64,000 bases of DNA. It comes from Candidatus Poribacteria bacterium. GTDB lineage: Bacteria; Poribacteria; WGA-4E; WGA-3G. Shown in pieces: positions 10,132 to 20,075 of this stretch. Position numbers and translations under genes: made by a program. The notes under the pieces are model-generated. The model searched no databases. It saw nothing but the letters and a program-made list of their open reading frames with translations, and had not been told where the DNA came from. The first letter of the stretch is position 1. Each line of letters opens with the position of its first letter. The stretch spans positions 5,408,001 to 5,472,000 of the forward strand of contig OZ242029.1 in the NCBI GenBank assembly GCA_965205015.1. The letters run 5' to 3'.

Positions 10132-10156
10132 GTAGGAGGGAACTCCGATTCCCGAC
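10132..10156. repeat. GTAG-type palindromic repeat, family B
   Basis: GTAGGAGGGAACTCCGATTCCCGAC. Reverse-complement copy at 44514-44538 and an interrupted copy at 15173-15218. Confidence 0.8.
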
Positions 10157-10178
10157 GCTTTATTAAAATACATTAGGA

Positions 10179-11150
10179 GTGAAAATGACATCTATTACCC
10201 TTCAAGGAATTATGTCGGCGCGACGCGTTGTATCACAATTTTTAAAGCCCACACCTTTGATTCATTATCCAGAATTGTCCGAAAGACTCGGATTTCAGGC
10301 GTATATCAAGCACGAAAATCATCATCCAACGGGTAGTTTTAAAGTGCGCGGCGGCATCAATTTCATGCACCACCTACCACGGGCGCAACGTGAAAAGGGT
10401 GTAATTACGGCAACACGCGGGAATCATGGGCAGTCGATCGCCTACGCAGCGGCGCAGTACGGTGTTAAGGCTACTGTTGTCGTGCCACACGGGAATAATC
10501 CTGAGAAGAACAGCGCGATGCGAGCGTTTGGCGCCGAACTCATTGAACACGGGGCTGATTTTGATGAAGCACTTACGTTGTGTGAAAAACTTCAAACGGA
10601 ACGCGGGCTTTACTACGTTCATCCGTGCATGGAGCCGGCACTCTTCCACGGTGTCGGTACTTATTCGCTTGAGATTTTTGAGAGGCTCCCAGATGTGGAC
10701 GCAATCATTGTACCTATCGGCGGTGGGAGCGGTTGTTGTGGAGCTATCACAGTTGCCAAGGCGATCAATCCAGATGTCAAGGTCATCGGTGTGCAAGCAG
10801 AAAACGCACCGGCTATCTATCGTTCGTGGAAGACAGGTCAGCGTGTAGAGACCGATTCTTGCGATACCATTGCCGATGGGATCGCGACCCGTGCGCCGTT
10901 TTCGTTGCCGTTATCCATCATCAATAAAGGCGTTCACGACATTGTGCTGCTCAGTGAGGCGGAACTTGTAGAAGGCATCCGTTTGGCGTTAAGGTGGACG
11001 CACAACTTGGCGGAAGGCGCAGGCGCGTCTCCGATAGCGGCAGCGCATAAACTCACGGATACACTGGCAGGGAAACGCGTGGTAATGGTGATGAGCGGCG
11101 CGAATTTGGACACAGAGACGCTCAAGAAGGCGCTCACCTACCAGTTGTGA
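10179..11150 (+). CDS. PLP-dependent threonine/serine dehydratase
   Basis: KHENHHPTGSFKVRG, ATRGNHG, PIGGGSG, SGAN. Confidence 0.9.
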   Translation: MKMTSITLQGIMSARRVVSQFLKPTPLIHYPELSERLGFQAYIKHENHHPTGSFKVRGGINFMHHLPRAQREKGVITATRGNHGQSIAYAAAQYGVKATVVVPHGNNPEKNSAMRAFGAELIEHGADFDEALTLCEKLQTERGLYYVHPCMEPALFHGVGTYSLEIFERLPDVDAIIVPIGGGSGCCGAITVAKAINPDVKVIGVQAENAPAIYRSWKTGQRVETDSCDTIADGIATRAPFSLPLSIINKGVHDIVLLSEAELVEGIRLALRWTHNLAEGAGASPIAAAHKLTDTLAGKRVVMVMSGANLDTETLKKALTYQL

Positions 11151-11851
11151 ATCACGTAAACCGGTGAGGAGTCGTCAGTCAATTGGACGGTTGCCGATGC
11201 CGCACCTTCTATGAATTCGTTGCGAAGGGCGTTTGTTAAGTCGGGATGGATATGTAGCGATGCCAAGTCCCACCGTAGGTTTTCGCTTTTTTCGACGATG
11301 ACGTTGGGGAATTCCGCAATGAGAGAGACGCGTTGCAGTCCGCGGCTTTTTCGGGTTAGCTGCACGATTGATAGGACATAGTGGATGGTTTGTCTCGGAT
11401 CCCGCATTTCGGCGGTGTAAGATGCATCTGTGGACACACGGTAATGCCCAAAACGCATCAATTTGAGATTACCAAGGAACTGGTCTGTTTCGTATGCTGC
11501 CGGACGCGGTAAACCCCCGTAGATAACAATATGTCGACAATGGAACTGTTCCAAGGCGTAGTCTACGGCGAGTTGTCCATCGGTGTAATCTTTGTCCGTT
11601 TTTCCTACCCATTCCTGAACGACGTGTTTTGCTTTGATCATGCTTTCGGCGCTCGAATCCATGTCACCGATGAGGACATCCGGCACGATGGAGGTGTCCG
11701 AGTGCTGGTTGAGCTCGTCAAATATGCGGATGCCGCCGTCCGCACAGATGAGTGGGCACCCGTTTTCCACCGCTGTTTCGATCTCGTGACGGTAAAAGTC
11801 GAGATACTGTGTGTCGTAGTAGCCGTTGAGGAAAATCAGTGTTATTTCCAT
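11138..11851 (-). CDS. thiamine pyrophosphokinase-like protein
   Basis: ICADGG, IGDMDS, DKDYTDGQLA motifs. Start placed at MEITLIFLNG. Confidence 0.75.
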   Translation of the reverse strand: MEITLIFLNGYYDTQYLDFYRHEIETAVENGCPLICADGGIRIFDELNQHSDTSIVPDVLIGDMDSSAESMIKAKHVVQEWVGKTDKDYTDGQLAVDYALEQFHCRHIVIYGGLPRPAAYETDQFLGNLKLMRFGHYRVSTDASYTAEMRDPRQTIHYVLSIVQLTRKSRGLQRVSLIAEFPNVIVEKSENLRWDLASLHIHPDLTNALRNEFIEGAASATVQLTDDSSPVYVIHNW

Positions 11852-11855
11852 TTTT

Positions 11856-12773
11856 TTATGCCTCCGCCATAACAATATTGTATGACGGAAGCAGTTCGAG
11901 CGGATGATAAGAACGTTTGACACGCTTTAGATTTTCTAACCCTGAAGCGTCCATCGCGTTAATCCATCTGTAGGTCCCCATCAATTCCTTACAAAACTCG
12001 CGGTAGATGAACTGTGCCAGCCCTTTTATCTCAAGATCCGTAATCTCAAATAGCACACAGAATGTGTCCGCGTTCAGTGGGTAGCCGAAGGTGTAGCCTC
12101 TGATTTCCGCATCAATACGGACAACCCTTCCCAGAAGTCCGAGTGCCTCCGCATGCGCGATCGCGGTTCGGTGTGCTGATCGAGAATCCTCAAGCATCGC
12201 GCAGTAGACTGCGTCATTACATGTCGTTGCGCGTGCGGCATGCCACGCGTCATAGCGTGTGAAACACGCGTCGCTGTCGGCGGGGCAGTAGGGGCTTAAT
12301 TCTGCCGACGGATACCGATCCATAAAAGCGTTATAGGCGTTCCGCTTGCTTTTGAAGCGATTGCCACGCAACTCACTGAGTGCCTCTGTCTCATAGAGGT
12401 ATTCGGTCTCCTTCAAGGTGGCGCGGAATCCATCCTTTTCAAAAAAAGTGAGCAGCGCGTGTGGAACATTCTCGATTCGGGCGATGTGTGGATTCCGATT
12501 TGATGCTAACATAAATTGATATGCCGCGCGGATAACATTTCGGTACGTGCAATTTTCAGGAGTGCACGGCATCGGTAGGATCGGCATGAAATAGTCTTCA
12601 CCCTGTTTTGCGAAGATGCATAGATGTTTCGCGATCAATGCCCAATAAAACTGAAAATGCTCTTTCCACACATAGAGGGGTGCGAAGGCATAGTGGGAAA
12701 GACGCGTGTCTGCCTGACGGGCGTATTCATCAAAAATTGGCTTGTCATTGAGCGTTAGCAGTTGAAGTTGCAT
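11856..12773 (-). CDS. DUF2156 / phosphatidylglycerol lysyltransferase-like domain protein
   Basis: EYLY...LRGNRFKSKRN, WINAMDASGLENLKRVKRSYHP. Confidence 0.8.
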   Translation of the reverse strand: MQLQLLTLNDKPIFDEYARQADTRLSHYAFAPLYVWKEHFQFYWALIAKHLCIFAKQGEDYFMPILPMPCTPENCTYRNVIRAAYQFMLASNRNPHIARIENVPHALLTFFEKDGFRATLKETEYLYETEALSELRGNRFKSKRNAYNAFMDRYPSAELSPYCPADSDACFTRYDAWHAARATTCNDAVYCAMLEDSRSAHRTAIAHAEALGLLGRVVRIDAEIRGYTFGYPLNADTFCVLFEITDLEIKGLAQFIYREFCKELMGTYRWINAMDASGLENLKRVKRSYHPLELLPSYNIVMAEA

Positions 12774-13314
12774 CTGTCAATTGCGCTAAGGTGTGGACAA
12801 TTTTCACCGTGTCCTGATAATCACCGATCAAGCTCCAGTTGGCGATTATCTGCGCCGTGACCGATTCGGATTCGACATAATCAATAACGTGACGGATATG
12901 CTGCTGAAAGGCTTCCGTTTCGAGGTGTGCTTCGCCAAACGGGCAGAGGGTATCCACGCCGAGCACAACCGCGTTGCCATCCTCGCTGCGCATGAGTGCG
13001 AATGGATAGAGTTGGCAGTCAAGCGGACGGATCGGATAGATGGTGCAGTGGCTTGTCTCTGGTTCAAAAAAGGGACAGATATAGAAATCGTTGTGCGGTT
13101 TTAGTTGGATCTGTGCACTCTTTCCGTCTGCCTGTCGGCGGAACAGTGCGGGATCAGCACCCTCTACAATGGCTTTTTCCATCTCTGTTGCTGTAAAGAT
13201 GGGCGCGAGCGGACTGTCTGCCTCTAAAAATCGGCAGCAGACATCACACGAGAAACAGACATCACTGGGGATAATTTGATAGAGGATAGCGTTTGCTGGG
13301 TTAGGTGTGTCCAT
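12745..13314 (-). CDS. YkgJ-family cysteine-cluster protein
   Basis: CFSCDVCC...CPFF...CTIYPIRPLDCQLYPF. Confidence 0.85.
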   Translation of the reverse strand: MDTPNPANAILYQIIPSDVCFSCDVCCRFLEADSPLAPIFTATEMEKAIVEGADPALFRRQADGKSAQIQLKPHNDFYICPFFEPETSHCTIYPIRPLDCQLYPFALMRSEDGNAVVLGVDTLCPFGEAHLETEAFQQHIRHVIDYVESESVTAQIIANWSLIGDYQDTVKIVHTLAQLTDATSTANAQ

Positions 13315-13427
13315 CTTAGAGTATATTAAACCACAGTATCCACCGAGGATTTCTGAGCATGATTAGAACCCAAAGCCTGTTTGTAGTAGGGCAATTCATT
13401 GCCCGTTCTTTAGTTCCCAGGACATGA

Positions 13428-14573
13428 TTATGAATCCAAAATCTTTCCTATTTCACCGATTACGATATGAATTTCCTCTTCGGTTAACCCCGGATGGAGG
13501 GGTAGACTCACGACGCGTTCAAACGCTGCCTCAGCACACGGAAAATCGCCGACACGGTAGCCGTATTGCTCCTGATAAAACTCGAAGAGGTGTAGCGGGA
13601 TATAGTGAACACTGCATTCAATGTTTGCCTCGCCCAAGGCTCTGATAAATCCGTCGCGTTCACCGGGTGGAAGTTGAATGATATAGAGATGCCACGAGTG
13701 CTCGCTCGGATTCTCCGGTGCGACGGGTGTGCTGATGTGCGGAAGATTTGCGAGTTCCTTTTGATAAATCTGTGCGAGATCTCGACGGCGTTCGTGTTGT
13801 TTGTTGAGTTTCATGAGTTGGCACAACCCCATCGCGGCTTGGATATCGGTCATGTTATATTTATACCCTTCAGTCGCGATGTCATACCGCCAAATATCGC
13901 GCTGTGACTGACGCGCCCAAGCGTCTTTGTCGATACCGTGGAGTCGCATTGTGTGGAGGGGTTTGGCGAAGGCATCATTGTTAGTCGTAATCATACCGCC
14001 TTCCCCTGTCGTCAGGTTTTTGTTCGCATAAAAACTGAAGGCGGACAGGTCGCCGATACTGCCGATGTATTCCCCTTTGTATTCGGTCGGAATGGCGTGG
14101 GCAGCGTCGTCGATAAGGACGAGGTTGTGGTTTCGACAGATGTCTTGTAACGCATCCATGTCGCACGGGAGACCGGCAAAATGGACAGGCATGATTGCCT
14201 TCGTGCGTGCGGTTATCGCCTGTTCAATTTTGGTTATGTCAATGTTCAACGTATCTGGATCGATGTCCACAAAGACGGGGTTCGCGCCCACATATCGGAT
14301 CGCTTCAGCAGTAGCAGTGAAGGTGTAAGGTGTCGTGATGACCTCATCGCCACTACCGATTTCGGTTACCACAAGGCTTAGATGCAGCGCGGCGGTGCAG
14401 GAACTGACAGCAATGGCGTGCTTGACGCCGAGGTATTCGGCAAAGGCGCGTTCAAATTCGCGGACTCTGTTACCTGTGCTAATCCATTTGGAGGCGAGGA
14501 CTTGGCTAACGGCTTCGATTTCAGTATCATCGATCCAGGGACGACTAAAGGGTATGAAAGGATGCTTTGCCAT
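13428..14573 (-). CDS. DegT/DnrJ/EryC1/StrS family aminotransferase
   Basis: SSCTAALHL, DDAAHA, FSFYANKNLTTGEGG. Start placed at MAKHPF. Confidence 0.93.
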   Translation of the reverse strand: MAKHPFIPFSRPWIDDTEIEAVSQVLASKWISTGNRVREFERAFAEYLGVKHAIAVSSCTAALHLSLVVTEIGSGDEVITTPYTFTATAEAIRYVGANPVFVDIDPDTLNIDITKIEQAITARTKAIMPVHFAGLPCDMDALQDICRNHNLVLIDDAAHAIPTEYKGEYIGSIGDLSAFSFYANKNLTTGEGGMITTNNDAFAKPLHTMRLHGIDKDAWARQSQRDIWRYDIATEGYKYNMTDIQAAMGLCQLMKLNKQHERRRDLAQIYQKELANLPHISTPVAPENPSEHSWHLYIIQLPPGERDGFIRALGEANIECSVHYIPLHLFEFYQEQYGYRVGDFPCAEAAFERVVSLPLHPGLTEEEIHIVIGEIGKILDS

Positions 14574-14607
14574 AGAGGGATTCCTTAAAAGTAGTAGGCA
14601 TACTCCG

Positions 14608-15060
14608 TTATGCCGTGACATTTTGTGCCAATATCTGGATCATTGCCTCAAGAGCAAGGGTATAACTATGCGTTCCGAAACCGCCGATGACACCGACAGC
14701 AATCGCCGATATGTAGGAATGATGCCGAAATTCTTCGCGGGCATAAATGTTAGAGAGATGAATCTCTATGACGGGGAGTGCGACTGTAGAGAGCGCGTCT
14801 CGGATAGCGACACTGGTATGTGTGTAGGCTGCGGGATTAATCAGAATACCATCCGCCCAGTCGATGTGGTCCCCAATGATAGACACAAGTTCGCCTTCGT
14901 GATTGGATTGGAAGATTTTGAGTGTAATCGCGTGAGATGATGCCGCTGCTTGGCGATCAAGTGTATTGTTAATATCCGATAGCGTTTGATGTCCGTAGAT
15001 CTCCGGTTGGCGTTTTCCTAAGAGATGTAGATTGGGTCCGTGGAGGACGAGGATATTCAT
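14608..15060 (-). CDS. aroQ: type II 3-dehydroquinate dehydratase
   Basis: [50 protein letters not shown]. Confidence 0.95.
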   Translation of the reverse strand: MNILVLHGPNLHLLGKRQPEIYGHQTLSDINNTLDRQAAASSHAITLKIFQSNHEGELVSIIGDHIDWADGILINPAAYTHTSVAIRDALSTVALPVIEIHLSNIYAREEFRHHSYISAIAVGVIGGFGTHSYTLALEAMIQILAQNVTA

Positions 15061-15172
15061 GCGCGTGTTTCCTTTTGACTTGAAGTATTGCCTTTCCCGA
15101 AAGAGTATACAATGAATTGGGAAAATTTGCAAAGTTTTTTCATCGGTTCTGGCAGAACCATTCAGTTTTTCT

Positions 15173-15218
15173 GTAGGAGGGGAAGAAACACCCAAGCAAA
15201 AACACTCCGATTCCCGAC
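15173..15218. repeat. family-B repeat interrupted by a 21-bp insert
   Basis: GTAGGAGGGG + AAGAAACACCCAAGCAAAAAC + ACTCCGATTCCCGAC. Confidence 0.75.
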
Positions 15219-15388
15219 AATATTGGCTATCAGAAACCATCGGTTAATCGCTGAATGCCTCTGCGATTTTTGGAGGGATAGGTGGAAAGTTAAATGATGA
15301 ACCCAGACCCCATTTTTAAATAATCCCACCCCGTTCTCGGTTCAAAATCAAACTTATTCGAAGGTACTAACATCGCTGTCATACGCCT

Positions 15389-15541
15389 TTAGTGCGTATG
15401 CATGGGTTTAGGTTCAGGTAAAGAGACCGATTCTTGACCTGAAGGTGTCTCATCTATTTCCCAATGATACGTGAACGTGTTCGCCATGGCAGAAGAAGCC
15501 AGAAAATATATCAAAAATGTATGAAATAGTATTTTCTGCAC
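15389..15541 (-). pseudogene. short or truncated secreted-protein gene
   Basis: AAGGAG RBS then GTG: MQKILFHTFLIYFLASSAMANTFTYHWEIDETP..., a signal-peptide-like start, 50 aa. Not in the ORF track. Confidence 0.4.
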
Positions 15542-15883
15542 AGAAGGACTCCTTTCGGATTTTTGACTATTTACTTAAGTAGGGCGCAGTTTTACGACCT
15601 ACCCGGGTCGTGCTTTTGGGGGTTGCTATTTTTGTATTTGCCTTTCAGATCCTATCATTGCTGCGGCGAATCGTACGTTCTTTTCTTTTTCTCCCCCATA
15701 GTGAGCTTTGGGGCTAATCCCAGCGAAATTTCCTATGTCCGCGATTGCTGTGCCGGCGATTGCTCTGTCGTGGTCGCGTGCGTTCGGGTCAATATGGTGA
15801 TGGTATTATCCGCCCAATCGGGTTCAGGCTCAGGTGGGAGTGCTTCGGTGACGTCCTCTAATAGCTCCTCCTCTTCTTCATCG

Positions 15884-16534
15884 TCACCACCGCCACCAAG
15901 AAGAAGATGTTTCCAACTCTTCTAATAAGGACTGATGCAAGAGAACGATCCGATGTTGCGGACTTTCGAGTGTCAGCCAATTCCCTTCTACCTCCCACGT
16001 GTATTCGGTGCCGGCTTTCAATAGCGGCTGTATCTTCTGTTGAAAGAAGTTTGCTGTGTGAGCCCCTAAATCCGATTTGAGTGCCGCGAGTTTCTCTTCT
16101 GTTTCCGGTTGCCCTGCGGCTTCAGGGTTGTGGTAGACATCGACCTGCCGCTGTGTGCTGGCTGTCGTAATCGTCATTTTTTTGCCTGTCAATCTATTGC
16201 CGTGCGTCGTGTAACGCCCCTGGGTTGTGTAAGACACTTCTACCCAAATAACGGCTTCGGGGGATAGCCTAACAGTTCGAGAGGGTCTTAAGACGTGGGT
16301 CAACGCCCCTGTATAAGAGAAAAAAAGGCTGCCGTAAGAGCCGTAAACCAATTCACTCTTTTTTCTATTGAAGTCATTGACGGAGTAAATATCCCACCAC
16401 TCGGTGTAGACATCTGGGTCGTGCGGGTCGTCGTTGACTTCGTGCGGCGAGACAAAATCAGATGACTCTTCACCACACCCGATAATGCTGGCAGCAAATG
16501 CCATGATACAAAGCATCCATCTAACTATTTTCAT
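15884..16534 (-). CDS. putative lipoprotein
   Basis: MKIVRWMLCIMAFAASIIG-C lipobox. Confidence 0.7.
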   Translation of the reverse strand: MKIVRWMLCIMAFAASIIGCGEESSDFVSPHEVNDDPHDPDVYTEWWDIYSVNDFNRKKSELVYGSYGSLFFSYTGALTHVLRPSRTVRLSPEAVIWVEVSYTTQGRYTTHGNRLTGKKMTITTASTQRQVDVYHNPEAAGQPETEEKLAALKSDLGAHTANFFQQKIQPLLKAGTEYTWEVEGNWLTLESPQHRIVLLHQSLLEELETSSSWWRW

Positions 16535-16557
16535 AGGGCTTTCTCTTCCTTGACTGC

Positions 16558-16986
16558 CTATTCTATCGTCAGACACTCATGTTTGGATGTAATTTCAAAG
16601 TGTTTGACAATCCCATTAACATGGACGCTATAACGCCCTGGGAGGAGGCTTCCGAGTGCAAAATACACGGTTTCGTCCCACACAACCGTTGGACAATCAC
16701 CGGGGGCATCCGGGTGAGGTTCTGACGCCTGAACGGTAAGGTAATAGGTATTGCCGCCTTCCCATAAAAGCTCTGTGTCGTGGTAGTTTCTGCACCCATC
16801 GAGAGGTATTGTATACTTAACAAGAACGTATGCCGGTCTCTCAGATGTGGCATACACTTTGACGGAATCTTCATAGACGGGTGCCTCCGTAATAACGGGA
16901 TCATATCTCTCACATCCGGCGGACATGAATAAAATCATGCCTATGAGTCCGAAAAAAAGCGTGGTAACCACCTGTTTTCTATTCAT
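16558..16986 (-). CDS. putative lipoprotein
   Basis: MNRKQVVTTLFFGLIGMILFMSAG-C lipobox and a beta-rich domain with two Cys. Confidence 0.7.
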   Translation of the reverse strand: MNRKQVVTTLFFGLIGMILFMSAGCERYDPVITEAPVYEDSVKVYATSERPAYVLVKYTIPLDGCRNYHDTELLWEGGNTYYLTVQASEPHPDAPGDCPTVVWDETVYFALGSLLPGRYSVHVNGIVKHFEITSKHECLTIE

Positions 16987-17001
16987 CGTGATTTTTGCTC
17001 C

Positions 17002-17351
17002 TTAGAAGAGTTCGGTGCATAGAGCAGGAGTGGTGAGTGCCTGATAGTTGAGTGCCTGGGTTCCATCCGTCCAGGTGATCGTCAATACGGACAATTTTGG
17101 GGGAAAAGGACCCGTAATGTCGCTGTATTGCCGGGAACCGTAACCGTTCCAGCACTCACTGTGACATCATGCGGGGCATTATCGAAGATAACCGTAAGTG
17201 TATCACGCATGGGGGAACACGGGTAACCGGGTGGGAGCGCGCTGACGATGTTCGCAATGGGCGTGACTTCTTTAATGGCACGGGAGCAAGCGATGAGCGT
17301 TGTCAGAAAAAGTACTGCAAGGAGTGCAGTCGTGATCCGGATATATTTCAT
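17002..17351 (-). pseudogene. frameshifted lipoprotein gene
   Basis: MKYIRITTALLAVLFLTTLIA-C. After GNTAT the sensible sequence continues in another frame (ITGPFPPKLSVLTITWTDGTQALNY...). Confidence 0.55.
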
Positions 17352-17633
17352 ATCGTAGGACCTTCCTTTTCGATTGAAGTGCATACGCTTATTTAGACCA
17401 CAATTTCGCAAATTTAATCCAAGTTTTGTTGCTCGAATTCCATAGGTGTCAAATACCCTAACGCCGAATGTGGACGTTTCTGATGATACACCTGTGTGAT
17501 AAAATGCCCAATGCGGACTCTCGCTTTGATTGGTTCTCCATCCGGGACTCCTTCCAGTGAGAGTGTGATTGTAGCATAATCTTATATTGGAGAGTGGTCT
17601 AAATTTCCGGTGGCAGTACAGAGTCTCATAATG

Positions 17634-17707
17634 AGGCAGGTGCGGTTAGGGGATTTAGTCTGGGAATAGACTAAATCCGTTTCTTGTATTACATTCCGCA
17701 CCTGCCT
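17634..17707. repeat. nested inverted repeat (possible terminator or repeat element)
   Basis: AGGCAGGTGCGG...CCGCACCTGCCT encloses GGATTTAGTCT-N6-AGACTAAATCC. Confidence 0.6.
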
Positions 17708-17740
17708 TAGATTAGGGAAAACTGGTTCTGTGAATAATTA

Positions 17741-18958
17741 TTACGCATCAATGGCGTGGCCGAATTTTTGGCGGTATTCGTCGTGGACCATCTGCTCATA
17801 ACCCGTCGTTTCCGTTATCGGGAGGTCGATGGGCATCATGCCTGTCCGTGAGGATTCGTATAGCGCGATACACATCTCCACATCTTTTCTGCCGCCGATC
17901 CCGTATTCCGGTGGTTCGCCTGTAAGTGCTGCCCTCGCTGTCGTCATAATCTCCTCAGCAGTGCCGACGTTCCAATCGTCTATCGCATACGTTCTGAAAG
18001 GATTTTCATAGGTAATCTGTGGGTCGGTATGCACAACGATTCTCGAAAGAACATCTACACCATCAACCTGATGTCGTTCCGTTTCGATTGGGATGTCTTT
18101 CATTTCACCGTTGACGAGGGCACGCAGCGGAAAATCGGCTGTCCAGAAATCAACGTCTGTGATCACACCCTTCGTTCCCATAATCTGTCTGTACTTAATC
18201 GTCTCCTCTCCGACTTGGGAGGTTTCATAGATCCCGACAGCACCACTTTCAAATTCAATGATTGCGTGTCCCCAATCTTCGTAAACGTTGTTGTTGGAAC
18301 TCGGCGCGAATTGCTTGGTAATTCCTGTAATTCTTTTCGGTTCGCTTTGGGCATAAAACCGAATCTGGGACATCCGATGAACACCCATGTCGATGCAAAC
18401 GCCGGAGTGGGACGTAAATGTTGAGATAGGAGATTCTATGCCGCGCGGCTTTCCGGCACCGTCCACAAACGGTCTACGTCCGAAAGGTTCGATAAAGTGA
18501 ACCCGCGCAATGTCACCAAGAATACCCTCCTGAATGAGTTTGATGATGATGCGATCCCCCGGCATCCGAAAATAGTTTTCGGCGACCTCAAAGTGAACCC
18601 CATTTTTTCTGCAGCTGTCTATGATCACATCACAACAGGCGAGGGTCGGTGCCATCGGTTTTTCAACGATCGGATGCATCTTGCGTTCAGCGGCGATCTT
18701 CGCGACTGTATGGTGTTCATAGTCACCGGTGCTGATGTCTACAACGTCGATGTCCCTGTGTTTCTCCAGCATCTCTTCGACGTCCGTATAGTACGGGAGC
18801 CCGTATTTTTCACCGGCTTCGCGGGCGGTATCCGCGTCTACATCGCAGACGGCGATGTAATCCAGATCCCCTCTTTTCGTCAATTCGGCGATTGTCGGCA
18901 GATGCCAGCGTTTCGCGACCCAACCGCAACCCACGGATGCAATCTTGGCTTTCCGCAT
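17741..18958 (-). CDS. Gfo/Idh/MocA family oxidoreductase
   Basis: VGCGWVA, VEKPMA, DMGVH. Confidence 0.9.
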   Translation of the reverse strand: MRKAKIASVGCGWVAKRWHLPTIAELTKRGDLDYIAVCDVDADTAREAGEKYGLPYYTDVEEMLEKHRDIDVVDISTGDYEHHTVAKIAAERKMHPIVEKPMAPTLACCDVIIDSCRKNGVHFEVAENYFRMPGDRIIIKLIQEGILGDIARVHFIEPFGRRPFVDGAGKPRGIESPISTFTSHSGVCIDMGVHRMSQIRFYAQSEPKRITGITKQFAPSSNNNVYEDWGHAIIEFESGAVGIYETSQVGEETIKYRQIMGTKGVITDVDFWTADFPLRALVNGEMKDIPIETERHQVDGVDVLSRIVVHTDPQITYENPFRTYAIDDWNVGTAEEIMTTARAALTGEPPEYGIGGRKDVEMCIALYESSRTGMMPIDLPITETTGYEQMVHDEYRQKFGHAIDA

Positions 18959-19002
18959 TCCTTGTCTCCTTCACTCTTACTAAACTACGGTTTCCTATTC
19001 TA

Positions 19003-19926
19003 ACCCAAGTTGCCAGTTAGTAGGTAGTTGTAAATCCATGGGACCTCCTTTATAGTGTTTTTATACATAAAAAACTCAAAGGAGTATCCCATGGACTTGA
19101 CTATTGTAGAAGTTTACACGATTTGTGACGACTTTTTAATCGCAGCAGGCCACCAAGAGCATCCCTTGGCTAAAATGTCAGATGCTGAAGTCATGACGAC
19201 CGCTCTGATTGCCGCAAGATACTTTGGCGGGAATCAACACACGGCTTGTGCCGCCTTGAAAACCCTTGGATATATTCCAAACATGTTAGGACACTCGCGA
19301 TATAATCGCAGACTTCATCGGATCCGTGGTGTGTTTCAAACGCTGTTTGAACACTTCGCAGAGATATTCAAAGCAGAGAATCCGAATCAGATTTATAGCA
19401 TTGATACGTATCCGGTTTCCGTCTGCGACCCCATTCGCATTTCACGCTCACGCTTGTATCAAGGCGAAGCCTGGCGAGGAAGGATCGCAAGTAAACATCG
19501 CTATTTTTATGGTCTCAAGGCACATCTGATGGTCACTGAAGCCGGACATATCGTTGAAGCGTTCTTCACACCGGGACGTTGCAGTGATGTGCGAGGCTTA
19601 CGGTGTTATGGGTTCGATTTACCGCCGGGAGCCGTCGTCTATGCGGATAAGGCGTATTGCGATTATGCCATCGAAGATGCTTTACAAGAAGCAAGGATTA
19701 CGTTGAAACCCTTACGCAAGAAGAACGCCAAGCGTCAATATCCACCGTGGGAAGTTTATCTGCAACACACCTATCGCAAGCGTGTTGAGACTTCAAACAG
19801 TCTCATTGAACAGTTGCTCCCTAAGTCGATTCATGCGGTGACCCCTGCTGGATTTGAGTTGAAGGTCTTTTTGTTTATCATCGCTACTAATATCAAACAA
19901 CTTTTTACATAGGTAGCAACTTGGGT
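19003..19926 (+). mobile_element. IS982-family insertion sequence, apparently intact
   Basis: Terminal IRs ACCCAAGTTGC / GCAACTTGGGT with flanks TATTCTA and TATTATA. Encodes one DDE transposase. Confidence 0.9.
19091..19912 (+). CDS. IS982-family transposase
   Basis: MSDAEVMT, YSIDTYPV, YFYGLKAHL, YADKAY, RKRVETSNS. ATG at 19091 after AAGGAG. Confidence 0.92.
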   Translation: MDLTIVEVYTICDDFLIAAGHQEHPLAKMSDAEVMTTALIAARYFGGNQHTACAALKTLGYIPNMLGHSRYNRRLHRIRGVFQTLFEHFAEIFKAENPNQIYSIDTYPVSVCDPIRISRSRLYQGEAWRGRIASKHRYFYGLKAHLMVTEAGHIVEAFFTPGRCSDVRGLRCYGFDLPPGAVVYADKAYCDYAIEDALQEARITLKPLRKKNAKRQYPPWEVYLQHTYRKRVETSNSLIEQLLPKSIHAVTPAGFELKVFLFIIATNIKQLFT

Positions 19927-20075
19927 TATTATAACACAAACACTGGGTGTCTGCAACTTTTTGAGGAGTGCCACCCGCCACCGAGCGACAGCATCTGGTA
20001 CGGGATGCACTGTTCGATGCGCAATTTCACCCGATCAAACGGCACCTGTGGCTGGGGTGGGAAAAAATCATCTTT

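Noticed and set aside
15563-15925. Plus-strand 120-aa ORF with poly-Ser/Pro
   Set aside because: It is the antisense shadow of an acidic minus-strand remnant and has no RBS or recognisable motif.
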